From Longimicrobiales bacterium (lineage in GTDB: Bacteria; Gemmatimonadota; Gemmatimonadetes; Longimicrobiales; Gaopeijiaceae): a stretch of DNA of 64,000 nucleotides. Both the position numbers and the translations under genes were made by a program. Under the pieces are notes generated by a model, which saw only the letters and a list, made by a program, of their open reading frames with translations, was not told the DNA's origin and did no database searches. Shown here in pieces: positions 56,651 through 64,000 of the stretch (its first letter is position 1; each line of letters begins with the position of its first letter). The stretch spans positions 480,001 to 544,000 of the forward strand of contig CBDFIQ010000002.1 of NCBI GenBank assembly GCA_965248195.1, read 5' to 3'.

Positions 56651-56677
56651 TCAGGCCTCCAGCTTTGATGGATGAAA

Positions 56678-56784
56678 CCCGCGATGTCCTCCGATGGAGG
56701 GACGAAGCGGGGCGCACGGTTGGCCGATAACCGACCGTGCGACTGACGAGAGGGCTCTTTTCGAGTCCTCTCGTTTGTTTTGTT
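56678..56784. ncRNA. candidate structured RNA: three consecutive hairpins ending in a + strand terminator-like element
   Basis: CCCGC..GTCCTCC-gat-GGAGGGAC..GCGGG; GCACGGTTGG-ccgataa-CCGACCGTGC; ACGAGAGG..CCTCTCGT + TTGTTTTGTT. Confidence 0.45.
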
Positions 56785-56790
56785 GGGGGA

Positions 56791-57087
56791 TCACAGCGCT
56801 CGCCCCTCGTGGAGGAGGCCGGGGACCTTGACCCCGTTCTCTTCGAGGATCTCACGCTGCTCCTCCTCGGGGATCGGTTGGACGTCGTCGCCGAAGACGT
56901 GCGCCATCCCATCCCGGACCATGTCGTCCCGGTTCTTCCGGAGCTGGCGGTATATCGAGCGGCGGGTTAGGCCGTAGAGCACCACCCGGCTCAAGAACTC
57001 CGGATCCGTCTTCTGGACCTCCTCGGCCTGCTCGGCGATATCATGGGGAAGCCGGACGGTGATCTCGACGGTTCTAGTCTCCCACAT
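56791..57087 (-). CDS. small hypothetical protein, possible ribbon-helix-helix DNA-binding protein
   Basis: AGGAGG RBS; TVEITVRLPHDIAEQAEEV (beta strand then helix). Confidence 0.65.
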   Translation of the reverse strand: MWETRTVEITVRLPHDIAEQAEEVQKTDPEFLSRVVLYGLTRRSIYRQLRKNRDDMVRDGMAHVFGDDVQPIPEEEQREILEENGVKVPGLLHEGRAL

Positions 57088-57102
57088 GGTCTTCCTCCTG
57101 GT

Positions 57103-57246
57103 TCATGGCGTGACCCCCGCAGCCCTCTCACGGAAGTCCAGGACCTCACGGACGGTGGGCTCGTCTTCGTCGGGGCGGACTTCGTCGCGGACTTCGTCGA
57201 GGTGGTCGTAGGTCCCAGCCTCTCCGTAGTACTCGTTCTCGCTCAT
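57103..57246 (-). CDS. small acidic phage protein
   Basis: GAGG RBS + MSENEYYGEAGTYDHLDEVRDEVRPDEDEPTVREVLDFRERAAGVTP. Confidence 0.5.
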   Translation of the reverse strand: MSENEYYGEAGTYDHLDEVRDEVRPDEDEPTVREVLDFRERAAGVTP

Positions 57247-57257
57247 ATCCTCGGGTT

Positions 57258-58193
57258 TCACGACGCGCGCCCATTTCGGAGGAACCTCACGGCGTCGTCG
57301 AAGCGTTCGGAGATCAGGCTGAGGCTGCGCCGGGCCTCTTCGTCTTCTTCTCTGTCCTGCTGCCAAAGAGCCTCGTCACGGCCCGCCAGGACGCGCTCGC
57401 GGACCAACTCCTCCAACACGGCCGGTTCCAAGGCATCTAGCTCCCAGGACTCGTCGCCGTGGACTCTGGTGTAGTCCTTCGCCCTCGGGTCTGTCTGCTT
57501 CGCTGGGTTCGGCGGTGGGCCGTATTGCTCGACCTGATCCATGTTGAGCGCGAGGCGCTCGACGTTGACCAAACCCTCATCCGGGTGGTCGCTGACATGG
57601 TCGAAGAGATTTTGGCGGTCCAGGATGTCGCGGGTCATGTCTATCCCGCTCGCATCGTGATCGCCGAAGTGAAGGATGGTGACCTCTTGCCCGTCGTGCT
57701 CCTGCAGTCTGCGAGCTGCCCTCCAGACCGAGGACTGAGACGGGTAGCCACGGCACGGGAAGAGTGGAACCTGCAGCTCGTCGCACACACGGCGGAAGAC
57801 GCCCGCGAGGGCCTCCTTCTCTACCCACACCTCAAAGCGCTCGGGCTGTCGTGCCCAGCGGTCGGTGCGGAAGCTGTTGGCGGAGACGCCGACAATCGAC
57901 GACGGGCTGCTCCAGTTGGGTAGCTCGTGCAAGTTCCGGGTCCGGTCGACGATGGTGTCCCAGTCGATCCAGCCGGCCAGCCGGGCTCGGTCGACGATCC
58001 GACCGAGCCGGTCGTACATGGCTGACGTGTTGGGGAGCAGGTCTCGCGCCACGAACTGGTAGTAGAGCTGCCTGAGCGTCAGGTCGTAGCCAGCGGCGGT
58101 GTATTCGTCGATGATCTCGACGGCCTGCTCCACAACAGAGTAGGTCGCCGCCGTCGGGTTCCACGCCTTGTACTCGATGCAGGGGCTCACCAC
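57258..58193 (-). CDS. Topo VI subunit A / Spo11-like (Mini-A-type) winged-helix + TOPRIM protein
   Basis: LTLRQLYYQ (R..YY), VWVEKEAL, RGYPS, FGDHDASG (DxD), RLAL, ELDAL. Confidence 0.8.
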   Translation of the reverse strand: MVSPCIEYKAWNPTAATYSVVEQAVEIIDEYTAAGYDLTLRQLYYQFVARDLLPNTSAMYDRLGRIVDRARLAGWIDWDTIVDRTRNLHELPNWSSPSSIVGVSANSFRTDRWARQPERFEVWVEKEALAGVFRRVCDELQVPLFPCRGYPSQSSVWRAARRLQEHDGQEVTILHFGDHDASGIDMTRDILDRQNLFDHVSDHPDEGLVNVERLALNMDQVEQYGPPPNPAKQTDPRAKDYTRVHGDESWELDALEPAVLEELVRERVLAGRDEALWQQDREEDEEARRSLSLISERFDDAVRFLRNGRAS

Positions 58194-58474
58194 GCACCCC
58201 CATTCACCCGGACCACCGTGTCCTGGGCCAACTGGATCCGCTGGCGACTGGACTTGATCGTGACCCGCTTGCCGTTTCCGGTCTCGAAGGTGCGACCGGA
58301 CGCCTTACGGACGACGGTGGTGCCGCCGGGCGACTGGTCCAGGACCTTCAGCTTGGACCCGCTGCCGTCGTTCACCACGACCCAGCACACGCGGCCCCGG
58401 CGCAGACTGCCGAGGTAGACGTGGCCGGGGGAGTGCCGGGGGACATCGCTGCCGTAGGCGTCGAGGTAGGTCAT
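58187..58474 (-). CDS. phage hypothetical protein
   Basis: ORF overlaps neighbours at both ends within the operon. Confidence 0.55.
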   Translation of the reverse strand: MTYLDAYGSDVPRHSPGHVYLGSLRRGRVCWVVVNDGSGSKLKVLDQSPGGTTVVRKASGRTFETGNGKRVTIKSSRQRIQLAQDTVVRVNGGAW

Positions 58475-58986
58475 GGCACGCTCCCTTCGGCCAGCGCATC
58501 CCGCAATTCGATGCCCTCACGGGCGCGGAGGACGTCGCGGATGTCGGCCAACTCGAACTGCGCGTGGCCTTCGTCCCGCTGCGCGTCGGCGTACTGCTCG
58601 CCGCTTGCCATGCCAAGGAAGTACTGTTGCCCTACATCGACCTCCTGGTAGCCGAGCACGTTGACCCGGCCCCGGAGGTAGCGTGCGCGATCGAGCAACG
58701 TCTCGGTCGAGGCGGTCCAAAGCTCCGAGGCGATAACCGCCCGGGTGATGGCCTCGGAGAACTCCCTCGCCGTCGCTTCGTCCGACTCCGCGAGATCCAT
58801 GACGCTGACGATGAGGCGGGTGAGCGGATTGTCAGGCTCGTCGGTGAGCCAATGTGAGAGCCGGGCGCGGCTAACGTTGAGTTCGTCGGCGACGTGTTTT
58901 TGCTTGCCTGAACGGCTGATGGCATACCGGAGGAGCCCGTGGGCTACCCGACTCCGTGCCAGACGCTTCCTGGTCTCGGTTGGCAT
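58471..58986 (-). CDS. HTH regulator in CII-like position
   Basis: GGAGG RBS before ATG 58986; QKHVADELNVSRARLSHWL helix-turn-helix; follows the cro-like gene. Confidence 0.72.
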   Translation of the reverse strand: MPTETRKRLARSRVAHGLLRYAISRSGKQKHVADELNVSRARLSHWLTDEPDNPLTRLIVSVMDLAESDEATAREFSEAITRAVIASELWTASTETLLDRARYLRGRVNVLGYQEVDVGQQYFLGMASGEQYADAQRDEGHAQFELADIRDVLRAREGIELRDALAEGSVP

Positions 58987-59173
58987 TGATGGAACCTCCG
59001 TGCGATGCCGCACCTCTACGGCGGTTTGCGCGGGACGACCCCGATACGACCGCCCCAGATTGTCGGGCATGACGCACATCTCCGAGATCATTGCGAGGGC
59101 GTTGGCGAGTCTCATATCAGGGCAGCAGTTGCCTCCGTCTCCGGCAGCACACGCTCGCGGGCCTCGTTCGCCG

Positions 59174-59449
59174 TCACGATGCCACCTCCGCTGGCTTCGG
59201 TGCAGACCCGTCAATGAGTTGATCGACCTGTTCCCGAGTCAGGCCGAGACGCTCGGCAAGCGCGTCCCGGATGTCGTCGTAGCGCCGACGCCCCTGGAGA
59301 CACATGCTCACTTCCTCGATGTACCGACCGAGGTACCGCGCAAAATCCCGGTACGTCTCGTATCCGGCCTCGCGCATGAGCGCCTTTAGTTGATCGGCCC
59401 CCGTCATGCCGTCGAGGATGCGGCGCTCTACTTCGTTGATCTTGGCCAT
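59174..59449 (-). CDS. Cro-like HTH repressor
   Basis: LKALMREAG..YRDFARYLG..EEVSMCLQGRR; divergent from cI. Confidence 0.8.
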   Translation of the reverse strand: MAKINEVERRILDGMTGADQLKALMREAGYETYRDFARYLGRYIEEVSMCLQGRRRYDDIRDALAERLGLTREQVDQLIDGSAPKPAEVAS

Positions 59450-59559
59450 TCTGTGACCTACCTTGTCGTGTTAAGTCGTTAACCAACACACAGTCCATCT
59501 CTACCGCTGTGGCGGCAAGTGTTAACGGCTAAACGTCAACCTGCGGTTTTCGCGAACCG

Positions 59560-60498
59560 TTGTCAAGAGGCGTATTGACGGTGAACCGTGAATTGGCATT
59601 CCGGGAGAGACTGGCCGAAGCGATTCGGCTATCCGGCCTTCAGAAGCAAGAAATCGCCAGCACACTGGAGATTAGGAGGTCGACGATCTCGTCATGGTTG
59701 AGTACAGGCGAAAGCGGCACACTTCCCCGCACAGACCAGCTTTTGCGGTTAGTCGGTATTTTAGGGATCTCCAGCCATTGGCTACTTACCGGCGAGGGTC
59801 CGATCGTTCCCGACCTGGTAAGAGACCGACGTATGATTGCGATGCACGGCGTCCTAAGTGCTACTCCAGAGCAACTGGCGGAGCTGATTGAGCTGATCGA
59901 ACCGTCAGCGGCCGTCAGTGATAACGACAACGGAGCAACCGATCCGGCGGCCTCACGCGAGGAGCTGGAAGCCGCGCTCCAGCGCATTACGGAAGAGCAC
60001 GACCGCCTCCGGGCTCAGGTGTCAGGAGGCCCCGAGCTCCCGGACCCCGACGTGTCCCCGATCCAGTCAGCGCCGGGGTGGCGGGACGAAGACTACGAGA
60101 CCGTGAGACGCTACGAGTCCGAGGATGTAGCGCTCGCGGCGGGAACCGGCACATTCGCCGACCAAGAACCCGTCGCAGGTGAGGTCAAATTCCGCACAAG
60201 CTGGCTGCGGGAGCACCACCTGAGGGCCAATGACCTCTTTCTGGTCGATGTCTTGGGCGATAGTATGGAGCCCACGATCTGCGACGGAGACTCGGCGCTA
60301 GTTGATGAGACCCACAGATCACCACGCAGCGGCAAGATCTACGCACTGCGTACGGGAGACGGTCCACTCGTCAAGCGGCTGCGGAAGCGTGACCACCGCT
60401 GGTGGGCGGACAGCGACAACGATAAGTACGAGCCCCAGCCGCTCGACGATGTAGCCCGAATCCTAGGGCGCGTCGTCTGGTGGGCGCACACGGATTAG
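59560..60498 (+). CDS. CI-like repressor (HTH + S24 autopeptidase)
   Basis: LQKQEIA..LEIRRSTISSW, SHWLLTGEG; LAAG cleavage site, GDSMEP (Ser), LVKRL (Lys), ILGRVVW; start may be GTG 59581. Confidence 0.92.
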   Translation: MSRGVLTVNRELAFRERLAEAIRLSGLQKQEIASTLEIRRSTISSWLSTGESGTLPRTDQLLRLVGILGISSHWLLTGEGPIVPDLVRDRRMIAMHGVLSATPEQLAELIELIEPSAAVSDNDNGATDPAASREELEAALQRITEEHDRLRAQVSGGPELPDPDVSPIQSAPGWRDEDYETVRRYESEDVALAAGTGTFADQEPVAGEVKFRTSWLREHHLRANDLFLVDVLGDSMEPTICDGDSALVDETHRSPRSGKIYALRTGDGPLVKRLRKRDHRWWADSDNDKYEPQPLDDVARILGRVVWWAHTD

Positions 60499-60571
60499 GG
60501 GAGATGTTTCACTAACGGCTATCCCCCCATGGCGCACAATAATGGCGCACAATAGAGGAGGGTTGTTACCA

Positions 60572-61075
60572 ATGAGAAAGGTTGACGCAGTTCGAGGACT
60601 CTCCGTTTTCGCTCTCGCGATCTCGGTAGTTGGATGTGGCACGATGTTCGGCGGCACTACCAAGAATATCTCAGTCACGTCCGCGCCATCAGCCGCAACG
60701 ATCACGACAAACCCCAGTACAGCCGTTTTCACAACTCCAACCACTCTAAATCTTCAGCGCAAGAACGAATACACACTTATCGCCCGGAGGGATGGGTACA
60801 ACGAAGCTCAGTTCCAGATTCGTAAGTCTATGCGAGCCGGGCCGCTCATTCTGGATATTCTATTCACGGGCCTGCTCGGAGTGATCGTGGACGCCGCCAC
60901 TGGCGGCTGGTGGGACCTCAATCCCGAGGATGTGACCCTCGTCCTTGAGCGCGTGGACGACAGCGTCGATGGCCCGGTTGCGATCGAGGTATCCATCAGT
61001 TCGTCGCGAAACGACCCTGGCTCTATGGTGATCGACGCTACCGAACCGGTCCAGATCGAACTTATCGCGAACTAA
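60572..61075 (+). CDS. PEGA-like lipoprotein (accessory cargo)
   Basis: GAGGAGG RBS; VVGC lipobox, CGTMFGG, ISVTSAPSAA, TTPTTL.L, IVDAATG. Confidence 0.8.
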   Translation: MRKVDAVRGLSVFALAISVVGCGTMFGGTTKNISVTSAPSAATITTNPSTAVFTTPTTLNLQRKNEYTLIARRDGYNEAQFQIRKSMRAGPLILDILFTGLLGVIVDAATGGWWDLNPEDVTLVLERVDDSVDGPVAIEVSISSSRNDPGSMVIDATEPVQIELIAN

Positions 61076-61084
61076 CGGGGTGGT

Positions 61085-61228
61085 GGTCCACTGGTCAAGC
61101 GGCTTCGCAAGCGCGACCATCGCTGGTGGGCGGATAGCGACAACGAAGAGTACGAGCCGCAGCCGCTCGAGGATCGAGCCCGAATCATGGGCCGCGTCGT
61201 CTGGTGGGCGCACACGGAGGAGGGGTGA
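61085..61228 (+). repeat. second copy of the cI 3' end (orphan S24 C-terminal fragment)
   Basis: Aligns ungapped to 60361-60494 with 15 mismatches in 134 nt, 8 of them synonymous: GPLVKRLRKRDHRWWADSDNEEYEPQPLEDRARIMGRVVWWAHTEEG*. Confidence 0.92.
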
Positions 61229-61275
61229 GGGCGGCCGCCTATCCCCCCCTGGTGGAAAACGAATAGGAGGGTGTC

Positions 61276-61335
61276 GTGGCACTTCAACCATGCCGCGAGT
61301 GAGGCAAGGAAATCAGTACCGAAGCTACCTGCTCC
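61276..61335 (+). pseudogene. zinc-ribbon protein N-terminal stub
   Basis: AGGAGG RBS + GTG: MALQPCRE*GKEISTEATC resembles MAL..C.ECGKEIS..A..C, with Cys replaced by TGA at 61300-61302 and then truncated. Confidence 0.6.
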
Positions 61336-61470
61336 AAGATCGCTTCCGCGTTGTCGCAACCACAGCAATCGATCGCATGCCGAGTTATCTGAGCGGCCAA
61401 CCCGCTCTAATTCTCCCTCGACCCCGACCGTAAGAAGCCTACGCTGACTACCCGCCCAAAGGAGCCCCAG

Positions 61471-62664
61471 ATGTCTGAGAAGCACAACCAGACACGGTCT
61501 GTCCTCCGAAGCCTGATAGTCTGTGCTGTCGGCCTTCTCCCAGGCATGGCGTGGCCCTGGGCAACGCTCACACCCCAGGTCCCCTCCGACGCTCCCGTGA
61601 CCACGGACGCGCATTTCCATATGCTCGACTTCCTACAAAACGGTGAATATCTGGACGACGGTAGCCTGGTCTATAGTTCTCCAGCCAACACCCTCCCCTC
61701 GGGCGAGCGGGGCAAGCGTATTGAGGCCGTGTTTTGGGCGATGGATCAGGCGAACGTGAGCCACGCGGTCATCATGGGCATGCCGTTCCTAAAGAAGTGG
61801 GGATTGAGTGATGCCTTCCGACCCCAATACTACCTCGACAGCAGCTCACGCATGGTGCGTGCACGCGACACGGACTACGTCTTGGCTCTGGCCATTGAGG
61901 ACTACCGGCGCACGCACGGTACCGCAGCCGACGCTGAACTTGCCCGTTTGTTTCCGTCTATCTCTGGGTTCGATGGGACCGACCTTGGAGCTGTTGATAT
62001 GATCGTCAAGCGCATCAAAGAATTCCCTGGTGTGTTTAGGGGAATCGGCGAGGCCATGTCGCGCCATGACGACTTGACGAACCTGACCACAGGAGAACGA
62101 CCCCGAGCAGACCACCCCGCGTTCTTCCGAATCTTCGACTTCGCCGGTCGTGTAGGGATGCCGGTCATTATCCATCACAATATCGCCCCCATCTCTGCAA
62201 GCGAGGGGGTGAAGGACCCTGACTATCTCCCCGAGATACTGAGAGCGTTCGAGGAGTTCCCCAACACGACTTTCATCTGGTCTCACGCCGGAATCAGCCG
62301 TCGTATCACGGTGGCTGACCTTCCTGGTATCCTGGATTCGATTCTCGACCGGCACCGGGACCATGTGTACATCGGTCTTTCGTGGGTCGTATACGAGGAC
62401 TATGTATTGAGAGACTTAGACTCTTGGTCAGAGCTCATCCGTCGTTATCCGAACAACTTTGTGATCGGATCGGATGTGGTGGGACGGTACGACGGGTATG
62501 CAACAACGGTCCGTAGGTACGACACGCTTCTCTCGAATCTCGAAGCAGACGTGGCCGACAACGTGGGGCGTGCTAATCTGCTGAGAATCATGCCGCAGGA
62601 TGGGATCACGCTAGATCGCGAGTATGCCTATCCTGAGAACGCGTACACCGGCAACCGGAATTGA
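61471..62664 (+). CDS. amidohydrolase (TIM-barrel, Amidohydro_2-like), exported
   Basis: DAHFH..DFLQ, GIGEAMSRHDDLT, IHHN, WSHAG, IGSDVVG. Confidence 0.82.
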   Translation: MSEKHNQTRSVLRSLIVCAVGLLPGMAWPWATLTPQVPSDAPVTTDAHFHMLDFLQNGEYLDDGSLVYSSPANTLPSGERGKRIEAVFWAMDQANVSHAVIMGMPFLKKWGLSDAFRPQYYLDSSSRMVRARDTDYVLALAIEDYRRTHGTAADAELARLFPSISGFDGTDLGAVDMIVKRIKEFPGVFRGIGEAMSRHDDLTNLTTGERPRADHPAFFRIFDFAGRVGMPVIIHHNIAPISASEGVKDPDYLPEILRAFEEFPNTTFIWSHAGISRRITVADLPGILDSILDRHRDHVYIGLSWVVYEDYVLRDLDSWSELIRRYPNNFVIGSDVVGRYDGYATTVRRYDTLLSNLEADVADNVGRANLLRIMPQDGITLDREYAYPENAYTGNRN

Positions 62665-62674
62665 GACGGACGGG

Positions 62675-62869
62675 GCCTCCGCCTCAGCGGGTTTCTACGA
62701 ATCTCCGTGGGCGAAGCATCCACGGCTCCAGCTTCTGACAATCGAAGAGCTGCTCCAGGGCGGGAGGATCGATTACCCCTCGACACCCGGCACGAACGTC
62801 ACGTACAAGCGGGCACCAAGGAAAGAGAAGCAAACCGCCGAACAGCTGCGTCTCGGAGAAGGGGAATGA
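62675..62869 (+). pseudogene. C-terminal stub of a DNA methyltransferase-restriction endonuclease (Mrr-type) fusion
   Basis: ASAGFYESPWAKHPRLQLLTIEELLQGGRIDYP..NVTYKRAPR resembles the tail of such fusions; no start. Confidence 0.6.
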
Positions 62870-62881
62870 GGCATGCCGCCA

Positions 62882-62920
62882 GGCCGCGTCGTCTGGTGGG
62901 CGCACACGGAGCGGGGGTGA
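62882..62920 (+). repeat. third (short) copy of the cI 3' end
   Basis: GGCCGCGTCGTCTGGTGGGCGCACACGGAG is identical to 61190-61219, then CGGGGGTGA (GRVVWWAHTERG*). Confidence 0.9.
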
Positions 62921-62983
62921 TGATGGGCAAGGAGCGGCAAGTACGTAGGATCTCGGAGCAATGACTCGATCGGAGCGGACCAG

Positions 62984-63208
62984 ATGACGGACACACATCG
63001 CGTCCTGCCCCACCCAGACGGTGGCTGGCAGGTGAAGAGAGACGGGAGAAACCGCGCGTCGAAGCGGACTCGGACGAAGGCCGAAGCCGAGGCAAGCGGT
63101 CGGGAGACCAGCCAGAACCAGCGGACCGAGCTGGCCATCCACCGGAAGGATGGCACGATCGAGCGGCGCGATAGCCACGGGAACGACCCGCCGAGCCGAC
63201 CCGGTTGA
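62984..63208 (+). CDS. DUF2188 domain protein
   Basis: HRVLPHPDGGWQVK..G..RAS..TK.EA...GR..ELAIHRKDG.I..RDSHGNDP. Confidence 0.88.
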   Translation: MTDTHRVLPHPDGGWQVKRDGRNRASKRTRTKAEAEASGRETSQNQRTELAIHRKDGTIERRDSHGNDPPSRPG

Positions 63209-63209
63209 G

Positions 63210-64000
63210 GTGGAGAGCCTAGAGCCTCTGAAAGTCCTGATTTGGGCCAAGACCTACCCCGAACTTTCGAAGAGGCACCGCGAAACGGTTTGCACCGGAG
63301 GATGCCTAGAAGACGGCACGCCAATCCGCCTCTACCCGGTCCCGCTCCGGTATCTCCCTGTCACGAGCCAATACCGACTCTACGACTGGATTTCCGTGCC
63401 GCTTCGCCGCAACTCGATGGACACCCGTCCGGAGAGCTTCCGGGTCGCACAAGGAGTGATGCCGACGACGGTCGGTAAGGCGAGGACGACCCACGGATGG
63501 GAGGCACGGAGGGAGGTCGTGTTCAAACGACAGGATTGGCACTTCGACTGTGCCTCGGACCTGCACGCCGCGCAGGAACGCGCAGGGACCTCGCTCGGAC
63601 TCGTAGCGGTGCGTGACGTTGATCGTGTGAGTGTGTCGTCGAGGCCGGACAGTGATCGCGTTGAGCACCAGGCAAGGTTGCGCACCCTGAGAGCGAACCG
63701 AGACCTGTTCGGGGGTGCCGGTATTCAGAAGGATTTGGAGTTCCTCCCGTGGCGTTTCAAACTCTGGTGGCGCTGCGAGGCCAAGGGATGCGACGGCCAC
63801 TCGGGATCCGTCCTAGACTGGGGGCTCGGCGAGTTGGCGCGCCGCGAGGGACCGGATAGCGCCGAAGCCAAGCTCCGAGAGCTGACCGACCTAGGGCGCT
63901 ACGACCTACGGCTCTTCCTCGGAAACATGAAGATGCGACCTCGGACCTTCAGCATCGTCGGGCTTTGGCATCCGCTGCGCTCTGAGCAGGCCCAGCTCTC
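63210..64000 (+). CDS. conserved hypothetical protein, possibly dual-OB/DUF488-associated (3' end runs off window)
   Basis: Not in ORF track. Open frame from GTG 63210: VLIWAKTYPELS..RETVCTGG...IRLYPVPLRYL...YDWI...DTRPESF...SLGLV...WRC...C..H..VLDW...FLGN...FSIVGLWHP. Confidence 0.75.
   Translation, partial: MESLEPLKVLIWAKTYPELSKRHRETVCTGGCLEDGTPIRLYPVPLRYLPVTSQYRLYDWISVPLRRNSMDTRPESFRVAQGVMPTTVGKARTTHGWEARREVVFKRQDWHFDCASDLHAAQERAGTSLGLVAVRDVDRVSVSSRPDSDRVEHQARLRTLRANRDLFGGAGIQKDLEFLPWRFKLWWRCEAKGCDGHSGSVLDWGLGELARREGPDSAEAKLRELTDLGRYDLRLFLGNMKMRPRTFSIVGLWHPLRSEQAQL

Larger units (their letters stand above)
50735..64000. mobile_element. prophage-like integrated element, left arm (extends beyond window)
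   Basis: Integrase at the boundary, xis, VRR-NUC, RecT/YqaJ, tRNA, cro/cI switch; no structural genes within the window. Confidence 0.85.

Noticed and set aside
56742..56780. CTGACGA-stem as a hammerhead ribozyme core
   Set aside because: The stem is followed by CGTTT rather than the required GAAA.
60361..61228. cI tail repeats as a diversity-generating retroelement VR/TR pair
   Set aside because: Mismatches are mostly synonymous third-position changes and not adenine-specific, and no reverse transcriptase is present in the window.
61300..61302. TGA in CRE*G as a second selenocysteine
   Set aside because: No convincing SECIS hairpin follows, the zinc-ribbon similarity breaks off a few codons later, and structural Zn ligands are not typical Sec sites; a nonsense mutation is more likely.
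60469..62910. Three 26-bp identical repeats as a CRISPR array
   Set aside because: Spacing is 0.7 and 1.7 kb with whole genes in between, the repeat is protein-coding, and there are no cas genes.

Overview
High-GC bacterial chromosomal window. The gene styles (SusC/SusD pair, plug-only TonB proteins, PQQ dehydrogenases, DUF1592/DUF1552/ankyrin triad) suggest Gemmatimonadota, which is an inference. 1-50.7 kb is an accessory-rich region of mostly exported proteins: hydrolases, heme/copper/PQQ redox enzymes and TonB transport. It is scattered with mobile-element debris: IS481 and IS3 scars, three class C (IIC) group II intron fragments sitting behind hairpins, and one complete IS256 with a 9-bp target duplication. 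An in-frame TGA at 1811-1813 joins two ORF-track ORFs into a 390-aa selenoprotein (redoxin UxxC plus DsbD-N-like domain) with a SECIS-like hairpin. From about 50.73 kb to the window end lies the left part of a prophage-like element that appears to have integrated inside an MMPL/RND gene. It carries integrase, excisionase, VRR-NUC, an initiator-type tRNA-Met with C33, RecT/YqaJ, a Topo VI-A/Spo11-like protein and a cro/cI switch. Downstream of cI is an accessory array in which the 3' end of cI occurs three times, each copy followed by different cargo genes; this is the most unusual architecture in the window. All family assignments come from motif recognition by eye; no database searches were run.
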